Positions 37,901 through 50,700 of a DNA stretch of 60,890 bases are shown one piece after another. The notes under the pieces are model-generated. The model was not told the origin of the DNA and made no database searches. It saw nothing but the letters and a program-made list of their open reading frames with translations. Within the stretch, counting starts at the first letter, position 1. Every line of letters starts with the position of its first letter. Source of the DNA: Welwitschia mirabilis (taxonomy: Eukaryota). Position numbers and translations under genes: made by a program. Location of the stretch: assembly GCA_051453625.1 (NCBI GenBank), contig JBOZIK010000001.1, forward strand, positions 47,220,636 through 47,281,525, given 5' to 3'.

Positions 37901-40900
37901 AGAATACCATTGATTTCATGGCCTCAAGGTATTTATTATTCATTCATAATGAGGGGAGTACAACCATAATCAGAGGAGTAATAACCCATGAAGCATGACC
38001 AACTAACCCCCCAACAAAGTTCCCACAACTATCAAAACTAGCAAAGGTCTCTCTCAAGAAAAATTTTACCCTAGTGCAGTAGAACGTCATCATGACTGTG
38101 GATTTAGCACAAAAATAAAGATCATGGTCATTACTCTTCTTTTCTACTTTTTTCCCTTAAAATATAAATAAATAAATCTCACATGACCACATACTCTCAA
38201 AGATGAAGGTGAATAAATGAGATGAAAAACAATTAAGAACACCCTGAAATAATTAAAAACTCACACTATTAAGAGAGAACATAAAAAACCAAGGCACCTT
38301 CCTTCAGAATGAAGTTCATAGTTATGTGAATGTCTTAAGATTAGGTGAATCCAATCTTACCACTTTGAAGTGCCCAAGTATAAGATTACTAGTTATGGTA
38401 ACTTCATGAATTAAAACATAAGGCAAGTTAAAGATGTTTAAGTAATAGAATGGTGTTCACCAAAAGAATTGACTAAGGAAGAATTTAGAAAATAGTAAGA
38501 GGAAAGTCCTTCTAAGACAGGTGCTTCTATCATGTTCAAGGTTTCATGACTCATGGATTTTTAACCTTTGTTCATTAACTTTTTGAATTTCCCTAGTATT
38601 CAAAATTAGAAATCTTAACTGATCCATTAGAATGTATTTTCTCTAAAAAACAAGAACTTGACCATTGAAAGGTTCACTTGTTATGTAAAAGAAAAATAAA
38701 AATCAAGGGTAGAAACATATCAATATAAAATCAAAATGAAATATCAAATCCAGCTAAAAGTATCAAAAAAATAAGTTTTATTTAAATTTAACACTTTATT
38801 TAAAAAAGAAAAAATGTTTATTTTTCTAAGGCTGTGATACTAAGGTATTGTACTTTCTCGGAAAAATAAGGAACAAACCAAATAGAAGACAATTGATAAA
38901 ACATACAATGTATACAATCATTTTTGAGTAAAATAAATTGGAGGTAAAGATAGTAAAAGGATAAAACTTAGATAGCATAAATTTTAGAATCTAAATAAAA
39001 GATGAAGAAGTGCTAAATTTCAGTGAAAAATTAATATCTTCTTAAATAATGTAAATCATAATTATCATTACATAAAGCACGTAAGGAACTACTCAAAGAA
39101 AAGATCTAAGGAATTTTTGAAGGCTCTTTAGAATGTTTACTGAAATTAAGAAGCTTTTTAACATTCAACTCAAGATATGGAGTTTTATCAAGGAGGTAAA
39201 TCTTTTTTGAATTAACATGATCAAATGGAATTTTGACTTTGCAAGATTTATTACCAATATAAGAGATAAAAAATTCATATAAGTCATGGAAAAACAATCT
39301 TTTATCAAACTCATGATGTAAATAATTTGAAACATAGATTGCATTTAAAAATTAATATTGATAATGGAAAAATATTAATGGAACTATTAGGTATCCAAGG
39401 ATTTTGAGGAAATGTCTTAGAATGATTGATTGAGGTAGGTTAAACATACTTAAGGAGCTCCCTAAGGTTTTATTTTAAGCATGAATTAGAATCAAGAAGA
39501 TAAAGTTTAATCCAATTTAGAATTTCAAGATATCCCAAGTTAAACCTTTGGAAAGAGTAGTTATTAAATGTACAAGGTAAAAAGAACTATGTAAAAGAGG
39601 AAAGGATATTACTTCAAGTATCACATGGAGTTTAAGAGGAAAAAATTAAGCGATTTTAAGAATAGAATTCTAAAACTTATGTGTCTAATTAAAATCATGG
39701 AAGACGATGTGAATTTGAGAATTATATGAATGTTCGAATGGAGAAATGTTACCATTGTGATGGTTACAAGGTAATGTGAAAGTAGCAATAGGATGAGGGA
39801 TGTTAGTTGGAGTTTTACATGAAAGAAAAGTAAAAAAGAATGGAGAAACATGTGTAAACTCTTTATGTTGGGTTGTTTCATTAGAAGGTATAAGTCTATT
39901 CTCCATTAAGTTTGGTTGAATTTCTATAGGTTCTTCTTTATTTCTCTCTTCCTCATTGTTGTCCTCATAATTAGTTTGTTGAATGCTTTGTTCATTTTCT
40001 TTGACATTATCTTTAACTATATCTTCCTCTTCTTCATTATACTCATTACTTTTTTGTTAAATATTATTGTCATTCTCTAAGTTATTGGATTCATCAAAAA
40101 TATCATAATGAGAAATGTATTCCTCACCTTCTTTCTTATCCTTATTTTCTATATCACATTATTGCATGTCATTATTCTCCAAATTATTATATTCATTAAA
40201 AAGGTCATAAAGATAAATGTGATTATTATCTTCTTCATGGGTTGAAAAATTTTCATATTCTTTATGAAATGATTATTATTTTTCATCTAGATTTTCTAAT
40301 AGTAAATGGATGCTAGAGATATAATCTAGTATCTTAATGTCATCTTATAATGAATAATCATGCTCATCCTCATTGTTAAATAGTTGAGTTAAATCATTAT
40401 TTTCTTCTTTTTGTCCATTCCTTAATAAGTGGGATGTTGTAAGTTGATCCATAATTTTATTTTCTCTTTTAAAGCAAGAATTGTTGCTGTTTATTCCTAA
40501 CTTCTCTTCATTCTTCTCAAGGTAGGGTGTAGTAGGATTGTTGTACTACCAATTTACGGTTATTTGATGGGTTTTGTGAGTTGTTTTGCAGGACTTTTAT
40601 ACAGGTTTAAGTGAAATTCTGAGGATTTTGGAGGTACAAGAGGAAATCTTGGAAAAGTGCAGATATTATCAAAATTTAATGCATTTAAGGTATTTTCTAA
40701 GGAACAGAGCTTTTTATGACAAAATTGCTAAGTTTCTCTGCAAGAAAGACATTAAAGAAGATCATTGTCCCCTTTGTCATACACACGATAGGCAGGACAA
40801 TGAATGATGACATGGCCTACTGAGTCATCACTTTTGGAGATATTTTATAATGTTTTGTCATCCTCCAGGTCATCTCGACGATAACCCAAACGACACTGAC

Positions 40901-43900
40901 ACGTAACTGTCACTAATAGGTTCTCTTAGCCATTTCGTCCGTTTTTGAGTGCTTAATGAGCACGCGTAACTACACCTTCTGTCTATCCATTTTTGTTTGT
41001 ATTTCCTATAAATAAGACCCTCCTTCTACTTTCCTTTCCCTCTTCGATGCACCAGAGATTTTCGTGATAGGAGAGCGAAGGGCAGGAGATCCGTCTTTGT
41101 GAGTTGCAGAAAGATGAGCACTTGGTAGAGGGCTGAATATCTTCTATTAAGACCTGATAGTTTTGTAATATAGATTATTGTTATCACTTTAATATAAATC
41201 TTGATTTTATTTTATGTTTATATTTGTTTGCATTGTAGATCTTATTGTGACCCTTATAGTCTAATGTTGCCTAGGATCTCGTGATAATTTCTTAGATGAT
41301 ATAGATTATCAAGGGCAGCTCTTATTAGAACTAAAAAGCAAGTAGGGTTAAGGTCATTTGTATTGCATGTTAGATTAGATTACATCTTGCACTTTACATG
41401 GTAGTTTATTTATTTGCATTGTTTTTCATTATTTATGGTTTCCAAGATTTAATTGTAAAAGTAACCTGAGTCTCTTTATGGATAGACTTCAATGAGATAT
41501 GACATTTTGGGTTACTCCCATTATTCTAGTATGTTGTATTATGTATAATATCTATTTTAATTATTAATGATAAAATTTTTTTGAATGTAAAATCATGCAT
41601 AAATACACACCACAACAAGGATAGATTTGAAAATGTTGTGTTGTAAAATAACCTTGAGATAACTGACGTTATAGTATAGTTTGTTAAAGATCCTAATCAG
41701 ATTTTCTATGTTCTTGTTTTGATTTTCTAAATTTTTGTTACTCTCTTCTCACCTTTTATTTATTTCATTAATAATTTCTTTAGCATAATAATTTCTTTTT
41801 TCATATTACTTCATGGGATGTGGATCTTTTTCTTCATAGTGATTCATGAAAGATGGATGGAATTTACTAAAATGATTATAGAATGTTTTATTAAATGAGG
41901 TGGAATCCATAAAATGTTGAAAATATTTGTTATCATTTTTACATGAAGCCTAAAAAAGTTTGGAGGTGGTGGGGCAGGAGGGGGGGGGGGGGGGTAAATA
42001 AGAAGGGTAAAAAAAGAAAGGAGTCCAATTTCTAATCTCAACATCATTTGGTATTGCTCACATTCTTTCTTCAAGTATTTCTTGAAGTGTTCTTTTATCA
42101 TTTTCCTTAGAACTTCTCACATTTCTTTTCTTTTCAACTAATATTTATCCAATGATCCTTTCATCACTATTCTTAGAAGTAGATGAGGAGTATGTATAAA
42201 AATAATTCTTACTTATAAGTTCTACATCATTACTAAGAGGTAAGTCAAAAAGGCTTTTGAAGTTCTTCTTTTCTTTTAGTAATTAACTCTCCAACTATAA
42301 TGTTCACATTTGAATTATATGTTCCTATCATAATTGGTGTACTAGATAGTGATACTTGTTAAGTTTTGACATTGATGAAAAAGGGATAAAATAATTTGAT
42401 TCTATTCTACTATTTTTACAACTTCTTTTGGAAAATTCGTTTCTGAAATAGAAAATATTTTCTTCAATTTTTGGAATTTATGTACCTGGGGTGTGCATAC
42501 CTAGATTTATTTATAGTCAAATAAGCCTTCTTTACTATTTTTCATGATCAAGCTTCATTTCCTTTAATATTTTAGCTTTCACTATAATTTACCATGTTCC
42601 TATATGCTGAAAAAAATTCCTACATAACTATTATCTCAGTTGTCATCTGGACCATATCCTAGATAACCACTATATAGAAATAAAAAAAATAGAAAGAAAA
42701 AAGAAAGATAAAACTAACAATTTGGCAGCTAAGTCATCTAGATGATAGACAGGACAATGACAATTTATTGCATCATAGAAAATAAAAACAAAACTGTGAA
42801 AAAAAAAAAGAAACCAATCCCAATTCATCATCTATCTTATCGTTTGAATGACATAGAAGATAATAAAGCGTTATTATGCTATGAAAAACAAAAAAACATG
42901 GCATGAAAAAAGTATAGAATGAAAGTCTACGGAAAATGTGAAATGAAAACTTATGGAATGTATAGTAAAAATACAATGCTATCATAAATAGATAACTTGA
43001 ATCAAAATCCAAACTAGTTATCTGGGTAAAAACAATCCTTCAACTCCTTGCTGCCTTCCCCGACAATGATGTCAAAAATGTTGTAATGTGTATTTATGCA
43101 ATCATTATGTCCTTTAATAAAATCCTATAAATCATAAATATTTGTACAAATACACACACTAGCATAGATGAGAGCTAATCCAAATGTTATACTCTATCGA
43201 AGGCATTATATGAGAAGACATAGAAGTTATTTTAAATAAAGTACTTTTATATTTTTTCATTAATAAAAATAAAAGAAAATAATGATGTCAAAAAACAATA
43301 CAAAATAAACACACTAATGTAATGAAATGCAAATGAAAACTATCCTAAATGAAATATCTATTCAACTACTAAATCTTCCTATCATAAATATTAGCCTTCT
43401 ATAACCTAGATCAATTAGGGAAACTATCACTAAGCCTAACTAACCTATGCTATTAGGTATGTCGAACAAAATATAAAAAACATGTAGGTATTATTCTATT
43501 AAATTAAAAGTAAAATGTAATGCAAAATCTAAACTAATAATTTCAACTTTAACAAAGGTTTCCCTTGATGATTTGTATCAATTATGAAGCTATTACCGAA
43601 TCATAAACAACATAAACCATAAGGGAAATGCACATGATAAAACTAAAATAAACTTTTTATTAATGTTGAGACAACATTCTATTACAAAGTAGCAGCATCT
43701 TAATGGAGGATACATAGCCCAACATCAGGGAAGACTTCTCTCTACAATCATGGAGGGACCTCCTACTCTTTGATTTCATGTCATGAGATTTTTAGATGCC
43801 AAAAATCAGAGCAAAGGTAAAAGAAGTATTTATTACAATGAAAACTCTAAAAATAGTAAATGGAACAACCAAAAGAAACTATAGTGGCACCAGAGGAGGG

Positions 43901-44342
43901 CATGTTTTGAGACCTTGCTAAAGTTAGGTGAAGTTTGATGCATTGGCTATAATTAGGTGTCATCTTTTCTATCATCCAGATGACACAAGGGATGATGCCA
44001 CATTAGTAATAATCCAACACTAACTTCTAGCTCAGTCTAGTTAGCATTCTTATCAGCTTTTAGCATGCTTTCATGTAGCTTATTTTCCACATGGTGGAGG
44101 GAATGATGGACTCTTAAGCTCTTCATCCAAGTGAAATCGGCTTCATAGATTATTAACTCCTCCTAAGAATGCTAAGGATCAGAATTTATTCAAAAATGCC
44201 TCTAAATGTGCTAGTAATTGTGTGTTTTCAAATTTATCTCTTTTACTCTCAATAATCATCGATTTTCACTTAAGCCTATCTAAATGTTCTACAAAAGTGC
44301 TCAAAATACCCCATCTAAAATGTATAATTTAGCATCACAACA
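34918..44342 (-). mobile_element. Second non-autonomous Athila-like Ty3/gypsy element (no pol)
   Basis: Direct repeats 34918-36175 and 43079-44342 (TGTT..AATGTGTATTTATG...CAACA). Reverse tRNA-Asp PBS TCCCCGACAATGATGTCA at 43057-43074. Degenerate reverse PPT at ~36176. TSD only partly matching (ttcta/ctctc). Confidence 0.88.
40698..41773 (+). mobile_element. Younger solo LTR nested in the second Athila-like element (boundaries approximate)
   Basis: Abrupt retention of CpGs (cgacgataacccaaacgacactgacacg, gcacgcgtaac). CCTATAAATAAGACCC TATA at ~41006. Interrupts the host element's decayed minus-strand ORF. Confidence 0.6.
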
Positions 44343-44480
44343 CTCTCATATTCTGAATCTAATCTCAATTCTTCTGAATTACTATTAGTAAGTAAGAAAA
44401 ATTTATTTTCTTGATTCTTGATACCAATTAAAAACTAATATTTATATTAAGGAATTAATGCCTTGTTAGCAAGTTTAATT

Positions 44481-45642
44481 TGTTATCATAACATTTTTAT
44501 GCATTTATTTTACTTAAGGACATGAAAAACATGTTTTACTACTAATCTAACTAAACACTAGTATTTTATAAGATAAATGTAACATCAGGAGCATCATGGT
44601 AGGAGATGGAGCTCTGCAAAGCATAATTGATAGCAATGATGGTCCTTGGCATAGAGACACCATTTTCTTAAAACAAAAGAATATTATTCATACGTTTCTA
44701 AGTTCTTTTAATGCAAGTAATTCATTTCCATGATTTCCAAAAATAGAAGATAAATGAGGAATATTTTCTTTAAAAAACCCCTTGATTTGGTCCCATGACT
44801 AAAGAATTATTTTATGTATTTTGGGAATTATTTAGAATGATCCTATTAGGCCTTAGAAACCCTAATTGAAAACCCTAATTTAGAATTATAAATACCCTTC
44901 CTTACTTCATTTGAAGAGAATTATTTTTAATTATGATATATTCAAGGAAATTGGAGATTTAGTCATAAGTTCTTTCTAATCCTCCCATAGGGATGGACTA
45001 AATACCAAAATAGCATGATGCTTTTTGGTTTAATATGAGTACATTTCTAGATTTTATGCTTTATTTATTCTAATACTAAAGTACTACATGTTCTTGATGC
45101 ATTACTTTGATATTAAGTTGTGAATGTCATACTTGTTATACTTAGGATTAGCTGAGTTATGTTTTTACTTTAATATCTAATTTGGCAATTTTATTTTACA
45201 TTTTATCTTAAATAATATGAATGTTTACTTGATGGATTTTAGAATACCCCTACTTTTCATGCTTATTTTATTCTTCCTGTGAAGGCTAGATGGCTTGGTT
45301 ATATCACACTTGTGTTTATGATAGATGAAATTATACCATTATTCTTGAGTTTGGACTAACAAAATACTCATGGCTCTAGTGAATTATATGATTGCAAATG
45401 AGTTAGAAGTAAAGTTACATGTTTTCATTTTAAGTACTTATGCTTTTCCATGAAGTTATTATGTTAGTTTAGATGCTATGTCCAATTCCCTAATATCTAA
45501 TATCATTTTACTCTCTACTACTTTCTACTTTTATGCTTGTTTTACTAATAGTTTTTGTAATCTAAGGAAGAATGACATTGAGCATATACTACAGATGGAA
45601 GTCTTAGTATTTTTGGTGAAAGTTGGGTTTGAGTACATAACA
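44481..45642 (+). mobile_element. Gypsy-like LTR (solo or orphan 5' LTR)
   Basis: TGTTAT...ATAACA termini, TATAAATACCC near 44887, followed by PBS-like TTTGTATC. No TSD. Confidence 0.5.
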
Positions 45643-45789
45643 TTTGTATCTCTAGGATGATCTTGTGATATAATCTATTTTCTTTGTAGAGAACCTGATA
45701 TTGATTTTGTGACTAAGAAAGAATCTTTTAATGAATGTTTTCAAAAGAATATTCTTTACAGATGATGAACTATAAAATTCTAGAAAGTA

Positions 45790-47250
45790 ATATACTAAAA
45801 CTATGACTTGAATGATCTTATTCTTGTGCCTTTACTTACTAGTACTAGTACTCTTTGTTTCTTACTAAACTCTACAAGTGGATTCTTTGGACGAATGAGA
45901 TTCACTTATGGCATTGGAATAATTGCACTACTATTAATCAAACTGATCAAATAAGTGTGATCCAAATTATAAGCCTTACGAAAAAGTATAATAATATCCA
46001 TACATAGAATAAAACCTAAATCAATCTTCAGCTCTATAAGAAGATAGTAAACAACAAACATTTGCATGAGATTGCAATAGCTGTAGCTACTATCCCAAAT
46101 AACTATGATATATAATGTGATCAAACTTAAAATAGATGCATTTAAAACCATATCCTTATGTTCTATATTCTCATAAAAGTTCATTTTAGAATGCCAAAAA
46201 AGAACATTGCTTATTGAACATTATGAAACACTAATAGAGCAGCAAGTGAATATATCTTTAAATAAATGCATATATAACTATGAGATCTCTAGATCACTAA
46301 TACAAAGCATAGAATTCAAGAAAATAAATATGAGAAATAAAAAAATATCTTATACTTATATTTGAAATGTTCCAGTACTGTCATCAAGATCATGTATATT
46401 GGCATAAAAATCTTTGACAAGAAGTTTTGAAATGCCCTGATCTAATTGAATAATTATATCCCATTCAACATGTGAAAACTATGCAAGAGGCTAATTATAT
46501 TTCTAATTTTGAAAGTCAAGATTCTGTTCTACAATGATCAAGTTTCTGGTTCAAGTTTTAAAAGCCAAGAATTTAGGATTTATGACTAGGAAAGAAACTT
46601 CTACAAAGAAACTCAATCATTACAGAACAAATTATTATCTTTTAAAACAAGAGAAAGGATTAGCTTCTTGCATATTTTTCACATCTTGGATGAGACATGA
46701 TTGTCCAATTGGACTAGGATATTCTAGAACCCATTATCAAAAAATTTTATCCCAACATGCATGAGCTTGATGACAGCACTGAGTTTAATCACTGGTCACT
46801 CTATTAGTGCTTCATAGTGTTTGATGAAAAATATGCTTTTTAGGCATTCTAAAATGAACTTTTATGAGAATATAGAACACAAGTATGTGTTTTCATATGC
46901 ATATATTTTAAGTTTGATCATGTTCTATGACATAATTATTCAGGGTGATAGCTATAGCTATTACAACACCATGCAGACATTTGTTATTTACTATCTTCTG
47001 ATAGAGCTGAAAATTGATTTAGGTTTCATTCTATGTATGAACATTATTACACTTTTATGAAAGGCTCACACTTTGGGTTATCCTTTACTTAATTATTTTA
47101 ATTATTAGTACTGCTAATATTTTAGTGCCATAGGTGAATCTAATTTATCTCAAGAAATCACTTGCAGAATTTCATGAGAAACAAAGAGTTCAAGTACCAG
47201 CAGGTGAAGGTACAAGAAGGAGATCATTCAAATCACAGTTCCAACAATCT
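45790..47250. repeat. Large imperfect inverted repeat (arms ~45790-46552 and ~46612-47250) made of a Sirevirus env-like ORF segment
   Basis: ORFs 45906-46184(-) and 46821-47060(+) share MNFYENIEHK..YYLLIELKIDLGFILCM. Further reverse-complement blocks run across both arms (e.g. cagtactgtcatcaag / cttgatgacagcactg). Confidence 0.92.
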
Positions 47251-47782
47251 AAATCTACAACATCTCATAATTTATCACTTGTAAAGAAGCATTTAAAGGT
47301 AATTACAAAGATGGCAGGTAATATTGAACATAACTTGTTAAGGTTTAAGAAGAACCGATCTATGAATAGTAAAGGAGAGATTCCTACAAGCAGTTGAAAA
47401 TTCATAGGGACTCTGAGTTAGACTAATTCTAAGGAGGAATCAAAGGTAGAGGTACCTCTAGCTTCACATGATACAAAATATGACTCAGACCATGTAGTGG
47501 ATACTAATTCTTTCATATCTATGAGAGAGAAGTCACATGCATAGGGGAAGTATCAAGCTCTAACATAGACATAGGTATAGGGGGAGAACTAGGCTCTAGC
47601 ACTGTCATAAGGGGATTAGTAGGGAGATATAAAAAGCTTAGGCCTCATTGTAAACTACACATCCATAATCCTACATAACCTCCATCATCATCATGTCCAT
47701 CATCAACACTTCAAATTTCATCTTCATCACCACCTTTTACTAAATCCATTTATGTTTCATCTCTTAACGGAGCTTTACAATT

Positions 47783-50700
47783 TTTAGGACCGAGAATCCT
47801 AGGGGTGAATAGGATTTAAAAATAATAAAATAAATTTATAAAAATATCTTTACTCAAAATAAACACTAAAATATTATACAAATAAAATTAAAACTAGTCT
47901 AAAAAATAAAGAATAGAAAATACAAAAATACTAATGAGAATGCACACAAGATTTATAGTGGTTCAGGAAGAACCCTACTTCACTCTCAATGATTATCTTC
48001 TACCCAAGTCTGATCGGGATTTTTGTTAATTTCTTTCCAGGTATTTTAAGTTCACTTATAACCCTTACAATTGGACTTTCTAAGGCTCAGTCTTAATCTT
48101 TAGCAAGAATGTAAAGTGATGATAATGATATGCTAAAATTCATAGGTTTCACATAATCTCTAGCTCTAGAATAGTATTACTACACTGCTTCAGAAGATGA
48201 TAAAATCTACAAGCATATAGTACAATCAACTTGATCAAATGCATAATGATAATAATAGCTTTTGGTTCATCTTTGATTAGGTAAAGAATATGCCAATGGG
48301 TACAACAATGATTCAAAAGTGGTACATTTATTTTGACTCTTAACAAATATATAGGAGAAGTCTTTTAGGGTTTTTACAAGTAAAAGGACATTCTAATGGA
48401 CAAAAAATTAGTTCATAATATCTAGAAAAATCCTATTTCTATCATGACCAGTCGACCCTCAAAACATCTAGTCCACCCATTTGGTGCCATTACCGAATTT
48501 AGTCATCCTTATGTTCTTTAGGTTAATTCCTATTTCTTATGGCTGCATGTCTGATTGACTCCTTAGGGTCTAGTTGATCATAGGTTCAGTCACTTGCATA
48601 TTCATTAGGTCACCCCCTTATTCAAAAGAAATTTCAACACTATTTTTTGCTCCAAGTTCAGTTGATCCCACAAATGTCTAGTTAACCCCTTACTGACAAA
48701 GGATGAAAACATTTCATTCTAGGTCTAGTCAATCCCTTAGAAATCCAATTAATCCCTTGATGATTGGCTATGAAAATTTTATGCTTAGGTCTAGCTGACC
48801 CCTCAAGAAGCTTGTTGATTCCTTGATGATTGATTGTGAAATATTAGATGCTCAAGTCCAATTGATCCCTTAGGAATCCGGTTGATCCTTTGATGATTGA
48901 CTATGAAATATTAGATGCTTAGGTCTAACTGATCCTGTAGGAATCCAATCTATCCCTCTGAATTAATTTATTTCAAAGTAAGCTTTAGGTATGGTCAACC
49001 CCTTAAGAATCTAGTCGACCCCTCAAAAGGATATGAAAACTAATAGGTTCAAGTTAAAAATGTCAAAAAAAAATTTCAGCTTCTAACCTACAAATATTTA
49101 ATATTTTCTTCATAAGATACAACACATTTTCCTAAACAGAAAATGTTAGTCTGACATAAAATTGGTAAATATTAACTTAACAATCTTCCTCTTTGACATT
49201 AATGGTAAAATAATACTTAGTTAAAAATATTAATTTTGAAAAAGCTCCCCCTCAAATAATGACCATTAAATTTGCAAAGCAATATTGAACAATTATATCA
49301 AATGAAACATTTTTAGAGAGATTCCAACTTGTGCCTTAATTAAAACAACTTTTAGTATAGTTTATGAGGCATGTAAAATCCAAAATATATACAACAAAAC
49401 CATTTTAATCAAAAGATATTTAATAACCATTAAGAGATATTAAAAATTATAGTTTATGATTAAATAAATGTGCACCAAAATTTTAGATAGAGATGATAAT
49501 AAAAATAAATTTCTATTATTGATTATTGAGCATTATAACAAAAAAGTACTCATCAAGAGCAATTATGATACATTAAAGCTGAATAAAAAACTAACTATTT
49601 TTTTCTCCTTTTAACATAAATACAAATGAAAGAAGGAAAAAAGTATGAAAACACAAGAAAGAATACAATAAAGAGAGAAGATCAATCAAATTCCTCAGCT
49701 CCATTAAAATTTAAAGGAAAGGATGATAACGTATGATTTGATAAATAAATTAAGTCCACTACCTTTTATACCACACTGTAATCCTATAAGTCTAGTCAAC
49801 CAGTTTGAGATTCGTTCGACCTATCAAGACATGGATCATAATACTTTAGATCTGGGCGACCCAGTTTTCAGACTAGTCGATTGACCACATCCAGTTAACC
49901 GAATTCTAAATCTAGTCAACACCCTACAATCAATCAGAGGATAGAGAAATAACCCCCAGTTCATCACAAAGATAAAGAAAGTTATCAAAGTTTAGGGATT
50001 TAGTAAAAATATTAGCAAGTTGATGATCTATACTAATAAAATTCATATAAATATTTTCTTCTTCAACTTGGTCTCCATGAAAATGGTGTTACAATTTAAT
50101 ATGTTTAGTTCTAGAATGTTGAATAAGGTTTTTAGAAACATTAATTGAACTAGTGTTATCACAGAAAATATAAATTTATTTAAAAACTACACCAAAATCC
50201 TTTAACATCTCCTTTATCGAAAGGAGATGGACATAACAACTCCCTGCTGCTATATACTCAACTTCTATTGTTGAAAGAGAGATTGAGTTTTTTCTTTTAT
50301 TAGTTCATCCCACTAAGCATGATCTTAATAGAAAATAATTACCGCTTGTGCTTTTTCTATCATACTTACAACTATCCCAATCTGCATCACTAAATCCTAC
50401 AAGATCAAAAGATGTCTCTATTGGGTACGATAATCCAAAGTTACATGTACCTTTTATATATCTTATTATTCTTTTGATAGCTTGTAGATGTGATTTTTTT
50501 ATTGGATTTAATATTTGGTATACATAAAAACACTAAACATAATATTAAATCTACTTGTAGTTAGGTATAGAAAATTTTCTATTATAGTTTTTAGTCTATT
50601 GATTTTTCATGTTCATCTAGGTTAACTTTACAAGAAGTAGATATAGGTGTGTCAGTTGTTTTAGCCTTCTCCAATTCAAATTGTTTGATCAAATCCTTTG

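Noticed and set aside
41844-42101. Polyproline-containing ORF / poly-G tract
   Set aside because: Homopolymer expansion within a decayed TE ORF; no independent gene evidence.
44412-44427. Reverse PBS-like TTCTTGATACCA
   Set aside because: No adjoining LTR in matching orientation could be defined; it may be chance or a remnant.
45790-47250. MITE/Mutator/Foldback DNA transposon with long TIRs
   Set aside because: No TSD or defined termini found, and the right arm continues seamlessly into the Sirevirus env-like sequence.
48445-49025. CRISPR-like spaced palindromic repeats
   Set aside because: Eukaryotic context; the spacers are themselves repeated and the array recurs in the paired LTR, so it is a Sirevirus LTR motif array.
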